A stretch of 37,913 nucleotides of DNA from assembly GCA_025352345.1 (NCBI GenBank), contig JANXTP010000394.1:1-37913 (forward strand), given 5' to 3'. Below the pieces are notes generated by a model. That model was not told the origin of the DNA, did no database searches, and saw only the letters and a list, made by a program, of their open reading frames with translations. Source of the DNA: Burkholderiales bacterium (lineage in GTDB: Bacteria > Pseudomonadota > Gammaproteobacteria > Burkholderiales > Burkholderiaceae_C). The position numbers and the translations under genes are program-made. Shown one piece after another: positions 8,767 through 21,001 of the stretch. How positions within the stretch are numbered: position 1 is the stretch's first letter; every line of letters begins with the position of its first letter.

Positions 8767-9250
8767 GCTGGGCCTGCCGATCGGGTGTAGGCGGCCGAAC
8801 CGATGCGGCCGCGTGGGCATAGACCGCACAGCGCAAGGCGTGCCAGTGGGATTCGAGGCCCCGCCGCTGCACCGGAATCCAGCCGCGCCGCAGCGTGCGC
8901 CTCGGGGCGTCGCAGCGGAACTTCAGCAGCATCCAGCCACCGAGGTCCAGCACAACCCGCAACTCGCAGACGTCGATCGAGCCTGTCCCGAGACCAGGGT
9001 CGGTGACCTGCCAGCGCTGGGTATCCCAGAGCAACCTGATCGGCCAGCGCCGCAGCAAATCGACCGCACCAAGCACCCCGACCAGCACGGATGCCATCAG
9101 CAGCACGCCGCTCCAGCCAGGCAACTCGTCATGGCGCGTGACGAGCCAAGTCGCGACTGCCGACAGCGCAGTCGCACTGACCAGCCCGAGCGCCGTGTTC
9201 CAGACACCAAAGCGCTGGACTGTCACCTGCACCGCCGACGCCGCTTGCAT
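8759..9250 (-). CDS. Hypothetical inner-membrane protein (two TM helices; tentative YgfX/CptA-like shape)
   Basis: 163-aa ORF beginning 18 nt after the fabF stop. It has two hydrophobic helices (LGLVSATALSAVATWLV and GVLLMASVLVGVLGAV) followed by a Trp/Arg-rich soluble tail. Its frame is compatible with its neighbours. Function is unknown. Confidence 0.5.
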   Translation of the reverse strand: MQAASAVQVTVQRFGVWNTALGLVSATALSAVATWLVTRHDELPGWSGVLLMASVLVGVLGAVDLLRRWPIRLLWDTQRWQVTDPGLGTGSIDVCELRVVLDLGGWMLLKFRCDAPRRTLRRGWIPVQRRGLESHWHALRCAVYAHAAASVRPPTPDRQAQLG

Positions 9251-9268
9251 GACGCCGCCGCGGGGCCC

Positions 9269-10513
9269 TCAGACACGCTTGAAAACAAGCGTGCCGTTGG
9301 TTCCGCCAAACCCGAAGTTGTTTTTGACCGCCAGCTCGATCTTCATCTCGCGCGCCGTGTTGGCGCAGTAATCGAGGTCGCAGTCCGGGTCTTGGTTGAA
9401 GATATTGATGGTCGGTGGCGCCACCTGGTCACGCACCGCGAGCACGGTGAACAGCGACTCGATGCCACCCGCCCCGCCGAGCAGGTGCCCGGTCATCGAT
9501 TTGGTGGAACTGACCGCCAGCTTGTGCGCGTGATCGCCGAAGGCCAGCTTGATGGCATTGGTTTCATTCACATCGCCGAGCGGCGTGGAGGTGCCGTGGG
9601 CGTTCAGGTACTGGACCTGATCGGCCGACACGCCGGCGTTCCGCAAGGCCGCACGCATCGAGCGCTTCGGGCCATCGACGCTGGGCGCCGTCATGTGATG
9701 CGCGTCGGCGCCCATGCCGTAGCCGATCAACTCAGCATAGATCTTCGCGCCGCGCCGCTTCGCGTGCTCGTACTCTTCTAGCACCATGGCACCGGCGCCT
9801 TCGCCGAGCACGAAACCGTCCCGGTCCTTGTCCCAGGGGCGAGACGCGGTGGCGGGATCGTCGTTGCGGGTGGACAGCGCCCGCGCGGCCGCGAAGCCGC
9901 CGACACCCAACGGCAACACCGTCGCTTCGGCACCGCCTGCGACCATCACGTCGGCGTCGCCGTATTCGATCAGCCGGCCGGCCTCGCCGATGCAGTGCAA
10001 GCCAGTGGTACATGCGGTCACGATGGCCAGGTTGGGTCCCTGGAAGCCAAACTTGATCGACAGATGGCCGGAGATCATGTTGATGATCGAAGCCGGCACG
10101 AAGAACGGGGAGATGCGACGAGGACCGCGGGCCGACAGCTCCGCGTGGGTGTCCTCGATCAACGGCAAACCGCCGATGCCTGAGCCGACGATGCAACCGA
10201 TGCGCTCGGCCTGCTCTTCGGTCAACTCATCGTTGGTCTTCAGACCGGAGTCGCGCACCGCTTGGATGGATGCGGCCATGCCGAACTGCATGAAAACGTC
10301 CATGTGTCGAGCTTCCTTGGCAGGGAAGTAATCCTCGACATTGAAGTTCTTCACCTCGCCCGCGAAACGGCACGAGAAGCTGGACGCATCGAAGCGCGTG
10401 ATGTTGGCAATGCCAGAACGGCCCGCCAGGATGTTGGCCCAACCTTCCTTCACCGAATTGCCAACCGGACTGATCAGTCCGAGGCCGGTGACCACAACAC
10501 GACGCCGGCTCAT
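9269..10513 (-). CDS. fabF: 3-oxoacyl-ACP synthase II
   Basis: Lies inside track ORF 9269..10525. The ATG at 10513 gives [19 protein letters not shown]. It has the active-site Cys context [10 protein letters not shown], plus HGTSTPLGD and [11 protein letters not shown]. Confidence 0.96.
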   Translation of the reverse strand: MSRRRVVVTGLGLISPVGNSVKEGWANILAGRSGIANITRFDASSFSCRFAGEVKNFNVEDYFPAKEARHMDVFMQFGMAASIQAVRDSGLKTNDELTEEQAERIGCIVGSGIGGLPLIEDTHAELSARGPRRISPFFVPASIINMISGHLSIKFGFQGPNLAIVTACTTGLHCIGEAGRLIEYGDADVMVAGGAEATVLPLGVGGFAAARALSTRNDDPATASRPWDKDRDGFVLGEGAGAMVLEEYEHAKRRGAKIYAELIGYGMGADAHHMTAPSVDGPKRSMRAALRNAGVSADQVQYLNAHGTSTPLGDVNETNAIKLAFGDHAHKLAVSSTKSMTGHLLGGAGGIESLFTVLAVRDQVAPPTINIFNQDPDCDLDYCANTAREMKIELAVKNNFGFGGTNGTLVFKRV

Positions 10514-10607
10514 TGGCGGCCCCAAAGTGGAACAAGCCCGCTGGTCGTCGAGCAGGCTGGATCAATCGAACATGGCGGGCGGAAATGCATGCAATGAAGG
10601 CTCGGAC

Positions 10608-10847
10608 TCAGGCCTTTTGGTGCTTCAACGCGTAATCGATCGCGAGTTGAACCGTGGTGATTTTTTCGGCTTCTTCATCGGGAATCTCGATACCGAACTC
10701 GTCTTCGAGGGCCATCACCAGCTCGACCGTATCGAGTGAATCAGCGCCCAGGTCGGCGACGAAGGCCTTCTCGTTGGAGACATCGGATTCGGGTACGCCC
10801 AGTTGTTCGGCGATGATTTTCTTGACACGGGATTCGATATCGCTCAT
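10608..10847 (-). CDS. acpP: Acyl carrier protein
   Basis: Lies inside track ORF 10608..10943. The ATG at 10847 is preceded by GGAGGA and gives 79 aa, [18 protein letters not shown]...[17 protein letters not shown]. The DSL phosphopantetheine attachment site is present. Confidence 0.97.
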   Translation of the reverse strand: MSDIESRVKKIIAEQLGVPESDVSNEKAFVADLGADSLDTVELVMALEDEFGIEIPDEEAEKITTVQLAIDYALKHQKA

Positions 10848-10974
10848 GACTCCTCCAGGAGTGTTGTCTGAAACAGCCCGGGATTCTAAAGGTTGCACCA
10901 TGTCGCCTCGCGGAGGTGGTGCGTGCTTAGGCCGGCCGGGCAAAACCGGGTCGATGGATGGGGGGCGACGGTGG

Positions 10975-11724
10975 TCAGTTCATGAACATGCCGCCGTTGA
11001 CATGCAGCTCGGTGCCGGTGATGTAGCCCGCGGCGTCTGACGCCAGGAAGGCGACCGCATGGGCCACATCATCGACGCTGCCGAGTCGGCCGAGCGGGAT
11101 CTGGCTCAGCAAGGCTTCCTTCTGTGCGGCTGGCAGCGCATCGGTCATGTCGGTCGCAATGAACCCAGGCGCCACGCAGTTGACGGTGATGCTGCGGCTG
11201 CCGATCTCACGCGCCAAGGCGCGGGTCATGCCGGCGACGCCGGCCTTGGCCGCGGCGTAGTTGGCCTGACCCGCGTTGCCGCTGGCGCCGACCACCGAAG
11301 TGATGTTGATGATGCGGCCCTGCCGCTGCTTGACCATGGGCCGGATGACAGCACGGCTGAGCCTGAACACTGCATTCAGGTTGGTGTCGATCACCGCGTC
11401 CCAGTCGGCGTCCTTCATCCGCATCGACAGGTTGTCGCGGGTGATGCCGGCGTTGTTGACCAGCACATGCAGCGCGCCGTGGGTCTTCAGCACCGTCTCG
11501 ACCGTGCGCTCGACAGCGGCGGCGTCATTCACATCGAGGCAGGCGCCAGCGCACCCCGCAAAGGCGGCCAGCGCCTCGCCAATCGCCAAGGCGCCGGCCT
11601 CGGTCGTTGCGGTGCCGACCACCACCAGACCACGGCGCGCCAGTTCGAGCGCGATCGCCCGGCCGATGCCGCGCGAGGCGCCTGTGACCAGCGCCACGCG
11701 GGTCGTCGTCTGTTCTGTCGTCAT
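10975..11724 (-). CDS. fabG: 3-oxoacyl-ACP reductase
   Basis: 249-aa SDR with [12 protein letters not shown] and YAAAKAG (YxxxK). Its start overlaps the fabD stop (ATGA). Confidence 0.95.
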   Translation of the reverse strand: MTTEQTTTRVALVTGASRGIGRAIALELARRGLVVVGTATTEAGALAIGEALAAFAGCAGACLDVNDAAAVERTVETVLKTHGALHVLVNNAGITRDNLSMRMKDADWDAVIDTNLNAVFRLSRAVIRPMVKQRQGRIINITSVVGASGNAGQANYAAAKAGVAGMTRALAREIGSRSITVNCVAPGFIATDMTDALPAAQKEALLSQIPLGRLGSVDDVAHAVAFLASDAAGYITGTELHVNGGMFMN

Positions 11725-12665
11725 GCCAACACTCCACGCACATCAACCAGCGAGGCCGGATCGAACAGCGCGGCCGAGACCGCCTCGGCATCGATGCGTT
11801 TGACCATGCCCGCCAGAATTTTCCCGGGCCCGCATTCGATCAGGTGCCCGATACCCAGGCCACGGATGGCCTGAATGGTTTCAAACCAGCGCACCGGCCC
11901 GAACGCCTGGCGGTACAGCGCATCGCGAATCCGCGCCGGGTCTGCTTCGGCGCTCACATCGATGTTGTTAAGCACCGGCATCGCAGGCACCTGGAAAGCC
12001 ACCGACGCCAGCTTGTCCTTCAGCCGCTCAGCGGCGGGTCGCATCAGGCTGCAGTGGAAAGGAGCAGACACTGGCAGCGGCAAGGTGCGCTTGGCGCCTG
12101 CGGCCTTCAGCAACTCGCAGGCCAGTGCCACACCGGCGTACGAGCCGGAGATCACCGTCTGCCTGGGATCGTTGAAGTTGGCCGCTTCCACCACTTCGCC
12201 GCTGTCGGCTGCCGCGCTGGCGCAGCCCGCACGCACGGCGTCGGCATCCAGCCCGAGGATGGCTGCCATGGCACCTGCACCCACCGGTACCGCCTCTTGC
12301 ATCGCCCGGGCGCGAAAGCGCACCAGCGGCAGCGCGTCGGCCAGGGTCAGTGAACCGGCGGCCACGAGGGCGCTGTATTCGCCCAGCGAGTGCCCGGCGA
12401 CCACCGCCGGTGCCAAGCCGGTTTCGGCCATCCATGCGCGGTAGCAGGCGATGCCTGCCGTCAACATCACCGGCTGGGTGTTGGTCGTCAGGTCGAGCTG
12501 ATCCTTGGGACCCTCACGCACCAGCCGCGCCACGTCGGTGTCCAGCGCGTCGGACGCTTCGCCCAGCGTTTGCGTGACCGCGGGATGATCGCCCCAGGCA
12601 TCGAGCATGCCCACAGACTGCGAGCCCTGACCAGGAAAGAGAAAAGCGAACGACATGATCGACAT
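11721..12665 (-). CDS. fabD: Malonyl-CoA:ACP transacylase
   Basis: Lies inside track ORF 11721..12713. It has FLFPGQGSQ and GHSLGEYSAL. Two candidate ATGs are at 12665 (MSIMSFAF..) and 12656 (MSFAF..), and I cannot separate them. Confidence 0.93.
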   Translation of the reverse strand: MSIMSFAFLFPGQGSQSVGMLDAWGDHPAVTQTLGEASDALDTDVARLVREGPKDQLDLTTNTQPVMLTAGIACYRAWMAETGLAPAVVAGHSLGEYSALVAAGSLTLADALPLVRFRARAMQEAVPVGAGAMAAILGLDADAVRAGCASAAADSGEVVEAANFNDPRQTVISGSYAGVALACELLKAAGAKRTLPLPVSAPFHCSLMRPAAERLKDKLASVAFQVPAMPVLNNIDVSAEADPARIRDALYRQAFGPVRWFETIQAIRGLGIGHLIECGPGKILAGMVKRIDAEAVSAALFDPASLVDVRGVLA

Positions 12666-12709
12666 GACAAACAGAAAAGAAACAAACAGGAGGGGACGCG
12701 CGAACTGCC

Positions 12710-13720
12710 TCAAAAATCCAGCAGCACAGCACCCCAGGTGAACCCGCCGCCCACACCTTCGAGCATCACCGTGTCGCCCCGCGCGATGCGCCGATCGCGC
12801 ACCGCCACATCGAGCGCCAGCGGGATCGATGCGGCGGAGGTGTTGCCGTGGTCGGCCACGGTGACGATCACCTTGTCCATCGACAGCTTCAGCTTGCGCG
12901 CGGTGCTTTGCATGATGCGGATGTTGGCCTGGTGCGGAATCAGCCAGTCAATGTCCGCTTCGCTGCGTCCTGATTTGGCCAGCACCGAGCGAGCCACATC
13001 TTCCAGCACACCCACGGCCAGCTTGAACACGGCTTGGCCGTCCATTTTCAGCAGCGGGTCGCCGCGCACCTGACCGCCGGCCACGCTGCCGGGCGTGCAC
13101 AGGATGCCGACGTGTCGGCCATCGGCATGCAGCTCGCTGGCGATGAGCCCGGGCGTGTCGCTGGCCTGCAGCACCACCGCACCGGCGCCATCGCCAAACA
13201 GCACGCAGGTGCCGCGGTCATCGAAATCCAGCAGTCGGGAAAACACTTCAGCGCCGATCACGAGCGCCTTGTTCGCCGCACCGGTGCGGATCATCGAATC
13301 AGCCACCGTCAGTGCATAAACAAAGCCGGAACACACCGCCTGAACGTCGAACGCAGGACAGCCGGAGATGCCGAGCTTCTGTTGCACGATGCAGGCGGTC
13401 GACGGGAAGACCATGTCCGGCGTCGAGGTGGCCACGATGATCAGGTCGATCGACGATGCGTCGCAATCGGCGGCCTCAAGCGCGCGCCGCGCTGCGGCCA
13501 CGGCGAGGTCGCTGCACTGCTCACTATCGGCGGCGAAATGCCGCGCCCGGATGCCGGTGCGCTCGACGATCCAATCGTCAGACGTCTCGACGCCACGAGC
13601 GGCCAGCTGGTCGGCCAAAGCGGCATTGGTCAGCCGTTTGGCGGGCAGATGACCGCCGGTTCCCGCGATGCGCGAAAAGCGTCCCGGTGGGGTGGCTGCA
13701 GTAGAGGCTGTGCCGTTCAT
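12710..13720 (-). CDS. fabH: 3-oxoacyl-ACP synthase III
   Basis: 336 aa. It has the Cys context [10 protein letters not shown], plus HQANIRI and GNTSAASIP. Its start overlaps the plsX stop (ATGA). Confidence 0.95.
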   Translation of the reverse strand: MNGTASTAATPPGRFSRIAGTGGHLPAKRLTNAALADQLAARGVETSDDWIVERTGIRARHFAADSEQCSDLAVAAARRALEAADCDASSIDLIIVATSTPDMVFPSTACIVQQKLGISGCPAFDVQAVCSGFVYALTVADSMIRTGAANKALVIGAEVFSRLLDFDDRGTCVLFGDGAGAVVLQASDTPGLIASELHADGRHVGILCTPGSVAGGQVRGDPLLKMDGQAVFKLAVGVLEDVARSVLAKSGRSEADIDWLIPHQANIRIMQSTARKLKLSMDKVIVTVADHGNTSAASIPLALDVAVRDRRIARGDTVMLEGVGGGFTWGAVLLDF

Positions 13721-14826
13721 GCGGTGAGACGGGGCGCCATCATCTTGGGGTTGTCGTTGTCGCCAGAAAGCGAATTGGCCGGCATGGCCTGCAGGGTGTC
13801 ACGGATGCGATCGTGCACGGCGTCGAGCAACCCATTGCGGGCGGCATCATAAGCCCGGTTCAGCGCCTGCTCGAAGGCGAACGCATCAGCAGAGCCATGG
13901 CTCTTGAACACCAACCCACGCAATCCAAGCAAGGCGGCGCCGTTGTAGCGCCGGTGATCGACACGCGCTTTGAATCGGTTCAGCACGGGCATCGCCACCA
14001 AGGCGGCGATCTTGGTGAACAGGTTGCGCTTGAATTCCTGCTTGGTGAAATCCGACAGCATGGCTACCAGTCCTTCGGCGGTCTTCAAGGCCACATTGCC
14101 GACAAAGCCGTCGCACACGACGATGTCGGCGGTGCCCTTGAAGATGTCGTTGCCCTCGACATTGCCGTAAAAGTTCAGGTGCCCGCTGGCCGCCGCGGCA
14201 CGCAGCAGCTCGCCGGCCTGTTTGATGGTGTCACTGCCCTTGATCGCTTCCTCGCCAATGTTCAGCAGTCCGACGCTGGGCTGCTCCTTGCCTTCGACCG
14301 CCGCCACCAAGGCGCTTCCCATCACTGCAAACTGAAGCAGGTGCTCGGCGGTGCAGTCCACATTGGCCCCCAGGTCCAGCACGGTGGTGTAGCCGTCCCG
14401 CTGGTTGGGCATCACGGTGGCGATGGCGGGCCTGTCGATGCCTTCCAGGGTTTTCAGCACATAGCGCGACACCGCCATCAGCGCGCCGGTGTTGCCGGCA
14501 GACACGCAGGCGTCGGCGGCGGACACGCCGTTGTCGTCGGGTTTGACGAGATCGACGGCCAGACGCATCGACGAACGCTTCTTGCGCCGCAACGCAACTT
14601 CGATCGCGTCGTGCATCTCGACCACTTCAGGGGCATCGACCAAACGGCATCTCGCCCAATGGGCCGCAGGCGACAGCGCTTCGGGGCGGCCAACCAAGAT
14701 CAAATCAGCTTGCGGATGCCGTGCGAGGAACGCCCGACAAGCCGGCAGCGTGACCGATGGACCGTGGTCACCCCCCATGCAATCGACGGCCAGACGCACT
14801 TGGCGACGCGAAATGCCCTGGTTCAT
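13717..14826 (-). CDS. plsX: Phosphate acyltransferase PlsX
   Basis: Lies inside track ORF 13717..14919. The ATG at 14826 gives [23 protein letters not shown], the PlsX N-terminal signature. Confidence 0.92.
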   Translation of the reverse strand: MNQGISRRQVRLAVDCMGGDHGPSVTLPACRAFLARHPQADLILVGRPEALSPAAHWARCRLVDAPEVVEMHDAIEVALRRKKRSSMRLAVDLVKPDDNGVSAADACVSAGNTGALMAVSRYVLKTLEGIDRPAIATVMPNQRDGYTTVLDLGANVDCTAEHLLQFAVMGSALVAAVEGKEQPSVGLLNIGEEAIKGSDTIKQAGELLRAAAASGHLNFYGNVEGNDIFKGTADIVVCDGFVGNVALKTAEGLVAMLSDFTKQEFKRNLFTKIAALVAMPVLNRFKARVDHRRYNGAALLGLRGLVFKSHGSADAFAFEQALNRAYDAARNGLLDAVHDRIRDTLQAMPANSLSGDNDNPKMMAPRLTA

Positions 14827-15007
14827 GTTGTCGACACAGCGATCACGGTGACGCTTACCAGTTGGAGGGCCGCAGGGACCGAAGGGGCCAAGCACAAATG
14901 CGAAGGCCCGGCATTGCAAGTGTGCAGCGGCCGGGCCATCGGTGACAGCGGATCATCAGTCTAGGCGCTGCGGCAGCGCAACGCTTTCGATCGAGCGCGT
15001 CAAACGC

Positions 15008-15190
15008 TCACGCGTCGGCTTTGGTCTTAAAGATCTTCCGGCCGCGGTAGAAACCGTTGGGGCTGATGTGATGACGCAGGTGCTGCTCACCCGTGGTCGG
15101 CTCAATGGCCGTTCCAGGCGTGTTCAGCGCGTAGTGGGACCGGTGCATGCCGCGCTTCGAAGGCGACTTCTTGTTTTGCTGGACAGCCAT
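15008..15190 (-). CDS. rpmF: 50S ribosomal protein L32
   Basis: Lies inside track ORF 15008..15283. The ATG at 15190 is preceded by GGAG and gives 60 aa starting [19 protein letters not shown]. Confidence 0.96.
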   Translation of the reverse strand: MAVQQNKKSPSKRGMHRSHYALNTPGTAIEPTTGEQHLRHHISPNGFYRGRKIFKTKADA

Positions 15191-15335
15191 GTGAATCTCC
15201 GCATACGTTGGTGGTGGCGCCCGGTGGCGAACCACTGCGGGACGGGCCCTGGTCAGGGCCTGCAGGCAGTTGGCCCGGAGCAAACCGCGGGAACAACACC
15301 TGCCGAAAAGCTCATGAGTGTACCAGCAGGCTGCC

Positions 15336-15887
15336 TCAGTTGGGCAGTGACTTTCGCTTCAGCTCGCCCAGCACCGCAAACGGGTTGGCACGCTCCTCGA
15401 GAGGTTGGGCGTCATCCGGCGGCTTCAAGGGCTGCGGGCAGGTCGGGTGGCGCGGCACCAATGGCAGCGCCAGCAGCAACTCGTCCTCGATCAGCTCGAC
15501 CAGGTTCAGCGTTCGGCTGAGCGCCAGCACGTCTTCTTCACTGTCGGCGTCGATTTCTGCCGCCAGCGCTTCGTTGGCGACGAACTGAAAGCTGCGCTTC
15601 GCATGCACTGCCGTGTCCACCGGCTGCAGGCAGCGCTGGCAGACCAGGCTCAACCGTGCATCGCACGCCATGTGCAACCAGATCTGGGGCTCGCCGCCGC
15701 GGCGGGCGCGGGTTTCACCTTTGGCGCGCCACTCGACCTGCTCACCGGCGACCGGCTTGGCGTCGGCGTGGGCTTCGTCGCACAGCCGATCCAGCGCCGC
15801 CAGCGGCCAGCCGCCCGATGCCTCGCCGCTTTGTTTGGCGAACGCGGCGATGTCCACGCTCAAAGGGTCGAAGTCACGCGCTGTCAT
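15336..15887 (-). CDS. yceD: DUF177/YceD-family protein (23S rRNA accumulation protein)
   Basis: Lies inside track ORF 15336..15959. The ATG at 15887 gives 183 aa. It has the Cys motifs VCQRCLQP and PRHPTCP. Its position upstream of rpmF-plsX is conserved. Confidence 0.85.
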   Translation of the reverse strand: MTARDFDPLSVDIAAFAKQSGEASGGWPLAALDRLCDEAHADAKPVAGEQVEWRAKGETRARRGGEPQIWLHMACDARLSLVCQRCLQPVDTAVHAKRSFQFVANEALAAEIDADSEEDVLALSRTLNLVELIEDELLLALPLVPRHPTCPQPLKPPDDAQPLEERANPFAVLGELKRKSLPN

Positions 15888-15953
15888 GACAACGAGTTTA
15901 CGGCGAGGGGGATTCGCCGATGCTGCGCCGGGCCCGATGGGACAATCCCGTGG

Positions 15954-16556
15954 ATGCATACGCCACCCCTTCTGATCCTGGCATCGACCTCGGTGTACCG
16001 GCGGGAATTACTGGCGCGGTTGCGGCTGCCGTTCGAGGTGGTCGCACCGGATGTCGACGAAGCGGCATGGCCCGCAGAGCCGCCAGCGTCTCTAGCGGTG
16101 CGTCTGGCGCTGGCCAAGGCCCGTGCGGTGGCGACGCGGCATCCGCAGGCGGTGGTGATCGGCTCGGATCAGGTCGCCGAACTCGACGGCGTGGCGCTGG
16201 GCAAGCCAGGCCATCACGACGCGGCCGTGCAGCAATTGCGCGCGATGCGCGGCAGGCGGGTGGTCTTCCACACCGCGGTGGCCGTGGTGGGCGCCGACCG
16301 TGGATTCGAAGCGAGTGATATCGCTTGTGTCAGCGTGACGTTCCGCGACCTGTCGGACGCCGAGATCGAGCGCTACCTGCGCACCGATCGTCCTTACGAC
16401 TGCGCGGGCAGTGCGAAGGTCGAGTCGCTCGGCATTGCGCTGCTGCAATCGGTCGAGTCCGACGACCCGACCGCGCTGATCGGGCTGCCGCTGATCCGCA
16501 CCTGTGCGCTGCTGCGCCAGGCGGGGATCGATCCGCTGAGCCACGACGCGCCATGA
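15954..16556 (+). CDS. maf: Maf-like nucleoside triphosphate pyrophosphatase
   Basis: This is the 3' part of track ORF 15405..16556. The ATG at 15954 gives 200 aa starting MHTPPLLILASTSVYRRELL, with IGSDQV and YDCAGSAKVE. It is divergent from yceD, as in many proteobacteria. Confidence 0.9.
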   Translation: MHTPPLLILASTSVYRRELLARLRLPFEVVAPDVDEAAWPAEPPASLAVRLALAKARAVATRHPQAVVIGSDQVAELDGVALGKPGHHDAAVQQLRAMRGRRVVFHTAVAVVGADRGFEASDIACVSVTFRDLSDAEIERYLRTDRPYDCAGSAKVESLGIALLQSVESDDPTALIGLPLIRTCALLRQAGIDPLSHDAP

Positions 16557-17320
16557 CCGGCACCGTGTACCTCGTGCCCAACACGCTGGACCTCGGCATG
16601 GCGTCTGTCGAGGCCGGCGGCATGCCGGATCTGCAAGACGTGCTGCCGCTGGGCGTGATCCGCATCGCCGCGCGGCTGCCCTGCTGGGTGGCCGAGAACG
16701 CGAAGACCACGCGGGCCTTCCTGAAGCGGGTGAACGAAGTGGTGCCGCTGTCGCAGCCGGTGCAGGCGATCTCGATCGTCGAATTGACGCGTGCCAACAA
16801 GGGCGCAGCACCAGTGCAGCCCCCCAGGCTGGATGCCTTGCTGGCACCTGCCCTCGCTGGCCAGGACATCGGGCTGATCTCCGAAGCGGGATTGCCTGCC
16901 GTGGCCGATCCGGGCGCGGCTCTGGTGCAGGCGGCGCACGCCATGAAGCTGCGCGTCGAGGCGCTGTCGGGACCGAGTTCGCTGATGCTGGCGCTCGCCG
17001 CCAGCGGGCTGAACGGCCAGAGTTTCGCCTTCGTGGGCTACCTGCCGGTCGATGCCACCGCACGCACGGCACGCATCCGCGAGCTGGAAGCCCTGTCGCG
17101 CCGGGCGCAGCAGACCCAGCTGATGATCGAGACACCCTACCGCAATGCCGCTCTGCTCGGCGCTTTGCTGGGCACGCTGAACGGCAACACGCGCCTGTCG
17201 GTCAGCTGCGCCTTGACACTCACCCAGGGCTGGAGCCGCACCGACAGCGTGGCCGACTGGAAAACCCGGCCCGCATCGATACCTAACGACATGCCTGCCG
17301 TATTTTCCTTGCTCGCCTGA
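16553..17320 (+). CDS. SAM-dependent methyltransferase of the tetrapyrrole-methylase/RsmI-like fold
   Basis: This is the 3' part of track ORF 16325..17320. The ATG at 16553 overlaps the maf stop (ATGA) and gives 255 aa. The segment GLISEAGLPAVADPG resembles the RsmI SDAGTPxISDPG box. The substrate is unknown. Confidence 0.75.
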   Translation: MTGTVYLVPNTLDLGMASVEAGGMPDLQDVLPLGVIRIAARLPCWVAENAKTTRAFLKRVNEVVPLSQPVQAISIVELTRANKGAAPVQPPRLDALLAPALAGQDIGLISEAGLPAVADPGAALVQAAHAMKLRVEALSGPSSLMLALAASGLNGQSFAFVGYLPVDATARTARIRELEALSRRAQQTQLMIETPYRNAALLGALLGTLNGNTRLSVSCALTLTQGWSRTDSVADWKTRPASIPNDMPAVFSLLA

Positions 17321-17354
17321 ATCAAATCAGGCGGCAGCTGTCAATCGTTGGCGC

Positions 17355-18923
<1,569 letters not shown>

Positions 18924-19009
18924 GGAGAATCCTTAAAAAACCGACCCTAGAATGGTTTGCACCTTGGCTGCTCGCGTCAATGCAGCCACCCAACTTCACC
19001 CAAGCACCC

Positions 19010-20089
19010 ATGATCCTCGTGACAGGCGGCGCCGGTTTCATCGGCTCGAATTTCGTCCTCGACTGGCTGGCGCAGTCGAGCGAGCCGGTGCTCAACCTCG
19101 ATGCGCTGACCTACGCGGGCAACCGGGACAACCTGCGCTCGCTGGATGGCGATGCGCGCCATGTGTTCGTGCAGGGCGACATCACTGACCGCGCGCTGCT
19201 TGATGCGCTGTTCGCCACCCACCGACCGCGCGCGGTGGTGCATTTCGCCGCCGAAAGCCATGTCGATCGCAGCATCCACGGGCCGGGCGCCTTCATCCAC
19301 ACCAATGTGCAAGGCACCTTCACCCTGCTGGAAGCAGCGCGGGCCTTTTGGCTGACGCTGCCTGAGGCCGAAAAGTCCTCGTTCCGCTTCCACCATGTGT
19401 CCACCGACGAGGTCTATGGCTCGCTAGGCCCGAACGACCCGCCGTTCACCGAAACAAATCTGTACGAGCCGAACAGCCCGTACTCGGCCAGCAAGGCCGC
19501 CAGCGACCACCTGGTGCGCGCCTGGCACCACACCTACGGGCTGCCGGTGCTGACCACCAACTGCAGCAACAACTACGGGCCCTTCCATTTCCCCGAGAAG
19601 CTGATCCCGCTGCTGATCGTCAATGCACTGGCGGGCAAGCCGCTGCCGGTCTACGGTGACGGCAGGCAGGTGCGCGACTGGCTCTATGTGAAGGACCACT
19701 GCGCCGCGATCCGCGTGGTGCTGGCGCGCGGCCGCGTCGGCGAGACCTACAACATCGGCGGCTGGAACGAGCAACCCAACATCGACATCGTGCACACGGT
19801 GTGCGCGCTGCTCGACGAGATGCGCCCCGATGCGGCCGGCCCGTACCGCCGACTGATCACGCACGTCACCGATCGTCCAGGCCACGACCGGCGTTACGCG
19901 ATCGATGCCCGCAAGCTCGAACGCGAGCTCGGCTGGAAGCCGGCCGAGACCTTCGAGACCGGCATTCGCCAGACGGTGCGCTGGTACCTGGCCCACGCCG
20001 ACTGGGTGGCCCGGGTGCAAAGCGGCGCCTACCGCGAATGGGTGGACACCAACTATGCTGCGCGCGCCGCCAGCACCACCTCGCCATGA
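19010..20089 (+). CDS. rfbB: dTDP-glucose 4,6-dehydratase
   Basis: This is the 3' part of track ORF 18755..20089. The ATG at 19010 gives [16 protein letters not shown], with [11 protein letters not shown] (YxxxK). An alternative ATG lies at 18980. Confidence 0.95.
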   Translation: MILVTGGAGFIGSNFVLDWLAQSSEPVLNLDALTYAGNRDNLRSLDGDARHVFVQGDITDRALLDALFATHRPRAVVHFAAESHVDRSIHGPGAFIHTNVQGTFTLLEAARAFWLTLPEAEKSSFRFHHVSTDEVYGSLGPNDPPFTETNLYEPNSPYSASKAASDHLVRAWHHTYGLPVLTTNCSNNYGPFHFPEKLIPLLIVNALAGKPLPVYGDGRQVRDWLYVKDHCAAIRVVLARGRVGETYNIGGWNEQPNIDIVHTVCALLDEMRPDAAGPYRRLITHVTDRPGHDRRYAIDARKLERELGWKPAETFETGIRQTVRWYLAHADWVARVQSGAYREWVDTNYAARAASTTSP

Positions 20090-20976
20090 AAATCCTGTTG
20101 TTCGGCAAGAACGGTCAGGTCGGCTGGGAACTGCAGCGCGCGCTGGCGTCGCTGGGCGAACTGGTTGCACTCGACAGCGGCAGCACCGAATGGCACGCCA
20201 ACTTTGCCGACCCCGAAGCGCTGGCTGCCACGGTGCGTGCGGTGGCACCGCAGTGGATCGTCAATGCCACAGCCCACACCGCGGTGGACAAGGCCGAAAG
20301 CGAGCCCGACCTGGCCCGCACCCTCAACGCCACCGCCCCCGGTGTGCTGGCCCGCGAAGCAACGGCCATCGGCGCTACGCTGCTGCACTACAGCACCGAC
20401 TATGTGTTCGATGGCAGCGGCAGCACGCCCTGGGTGGAAGACGCAGCCACCGGCCCGCTGAGTGTCTACGGCGCCACCAAGCTCGAAGGCGAAGAGGCGA
20501 TCCGCCGCAGCGGCTGCACGCACCTGATCCTGCGCACCAGCTGGGTCTATGCAGCGCGTGGCGGCAATTTCGCGAAGACGATGCTGAAGCTGGCAGCCGA
20601 GCGCGACGCATTGAAGGTCATCGCCGACCAGATCGGCGCGCCCACCGGCGCCGACCTGCTGGCCGATGTCTCGGCGCATGCGCTGCGCCAGCTGGCGCAT
20701 CAGCCCCAGCTCAGCGGCACCTATCACGCCGTCGCCGCCGGCCAAACCAGCTGGCACGGCTACGCGCGGCACGTGATCGAGCACGCGCGCGCCGCGGGCT
20801 GGCCGATCCGGGTCGCGCCCGACGCCATCGAAGCAGTGCCCGCCAGCGCGTTCCCAACACCGGCCCAACGGCCCCGCAATTCACGGCTGGACACCCGCAA
20901 GCTGCGAGACAGCTTCGGTCTGCACCTGCCCGCCTGGCAGACCGGCGTCGATCGCCTGCTGGCCGAAATTCTCTGA
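20086..20976 (+). CDS. rfbD: dTDP-4-dehydrorhamnose reductase
   Basis: This is the 3' part of track ORF 19801..20976. The ATG at 20086 overlaps the rfbB stop (ATGA). The protein starts [16 protein letters not shown] and has STDYVFDG and YGATKLEGE. Confidence 0.94.
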   Translation: MKILLFGKNGQVGWELQRALASLGELVALDSGSTEWHANFADPEALAATVRAVAPQWIVNATAHTAVDKAESEPDLARTLNATAPGVLAREATAIGATLLHYSTDYVFDGSGSTPWVEDAATGPLSVYGATKLEGEEAIRRSGCTHLILRTSWVYAARGGNFAKTMLKLAAERDALKVIADQIGAPTGADLLADVSAHALRQLAHQPQLSGTYHAVAAGQTSWHGYARHVIEHARAAGWPIRVAPDAIEAVPASAFPTPAQRPRNSRLDTRKLRDSFGLHLPAWQTGVDRLLAEIL

Positions 20977-21001
20977 CCCCACCCTCGGACGCTCTCCCCG
21001 C

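Noticed and set aside
8917-8948. GGAACTT, matching the sigma-E/AlgU -35 consensus, upstream of rpoE.
   Set aside because: It is on the + strand, the wrong orientation for rpoE. The nearest TC-containing -10 candidate is ~21 nt away instead of 16-17. I found no GAACTT on the minus strand in the expected interval.
14827-14919. Longer plsX start at 14919 ([15 protein letters not shown]…).
   Set aside because: It would add 31 residues before the conserved AVDxMGGD N-terminus and would cover the strong hairpin region. The ATG at 14826 gives the usual PlsX N-terminal length.
15405-15953. 5' extension of the maf ORF (track ORF 15405..16556).
   Set aside because: The extension lies antisense to yceD and is low-complexity. 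The Maf signature starts right after the ATG at 15954.
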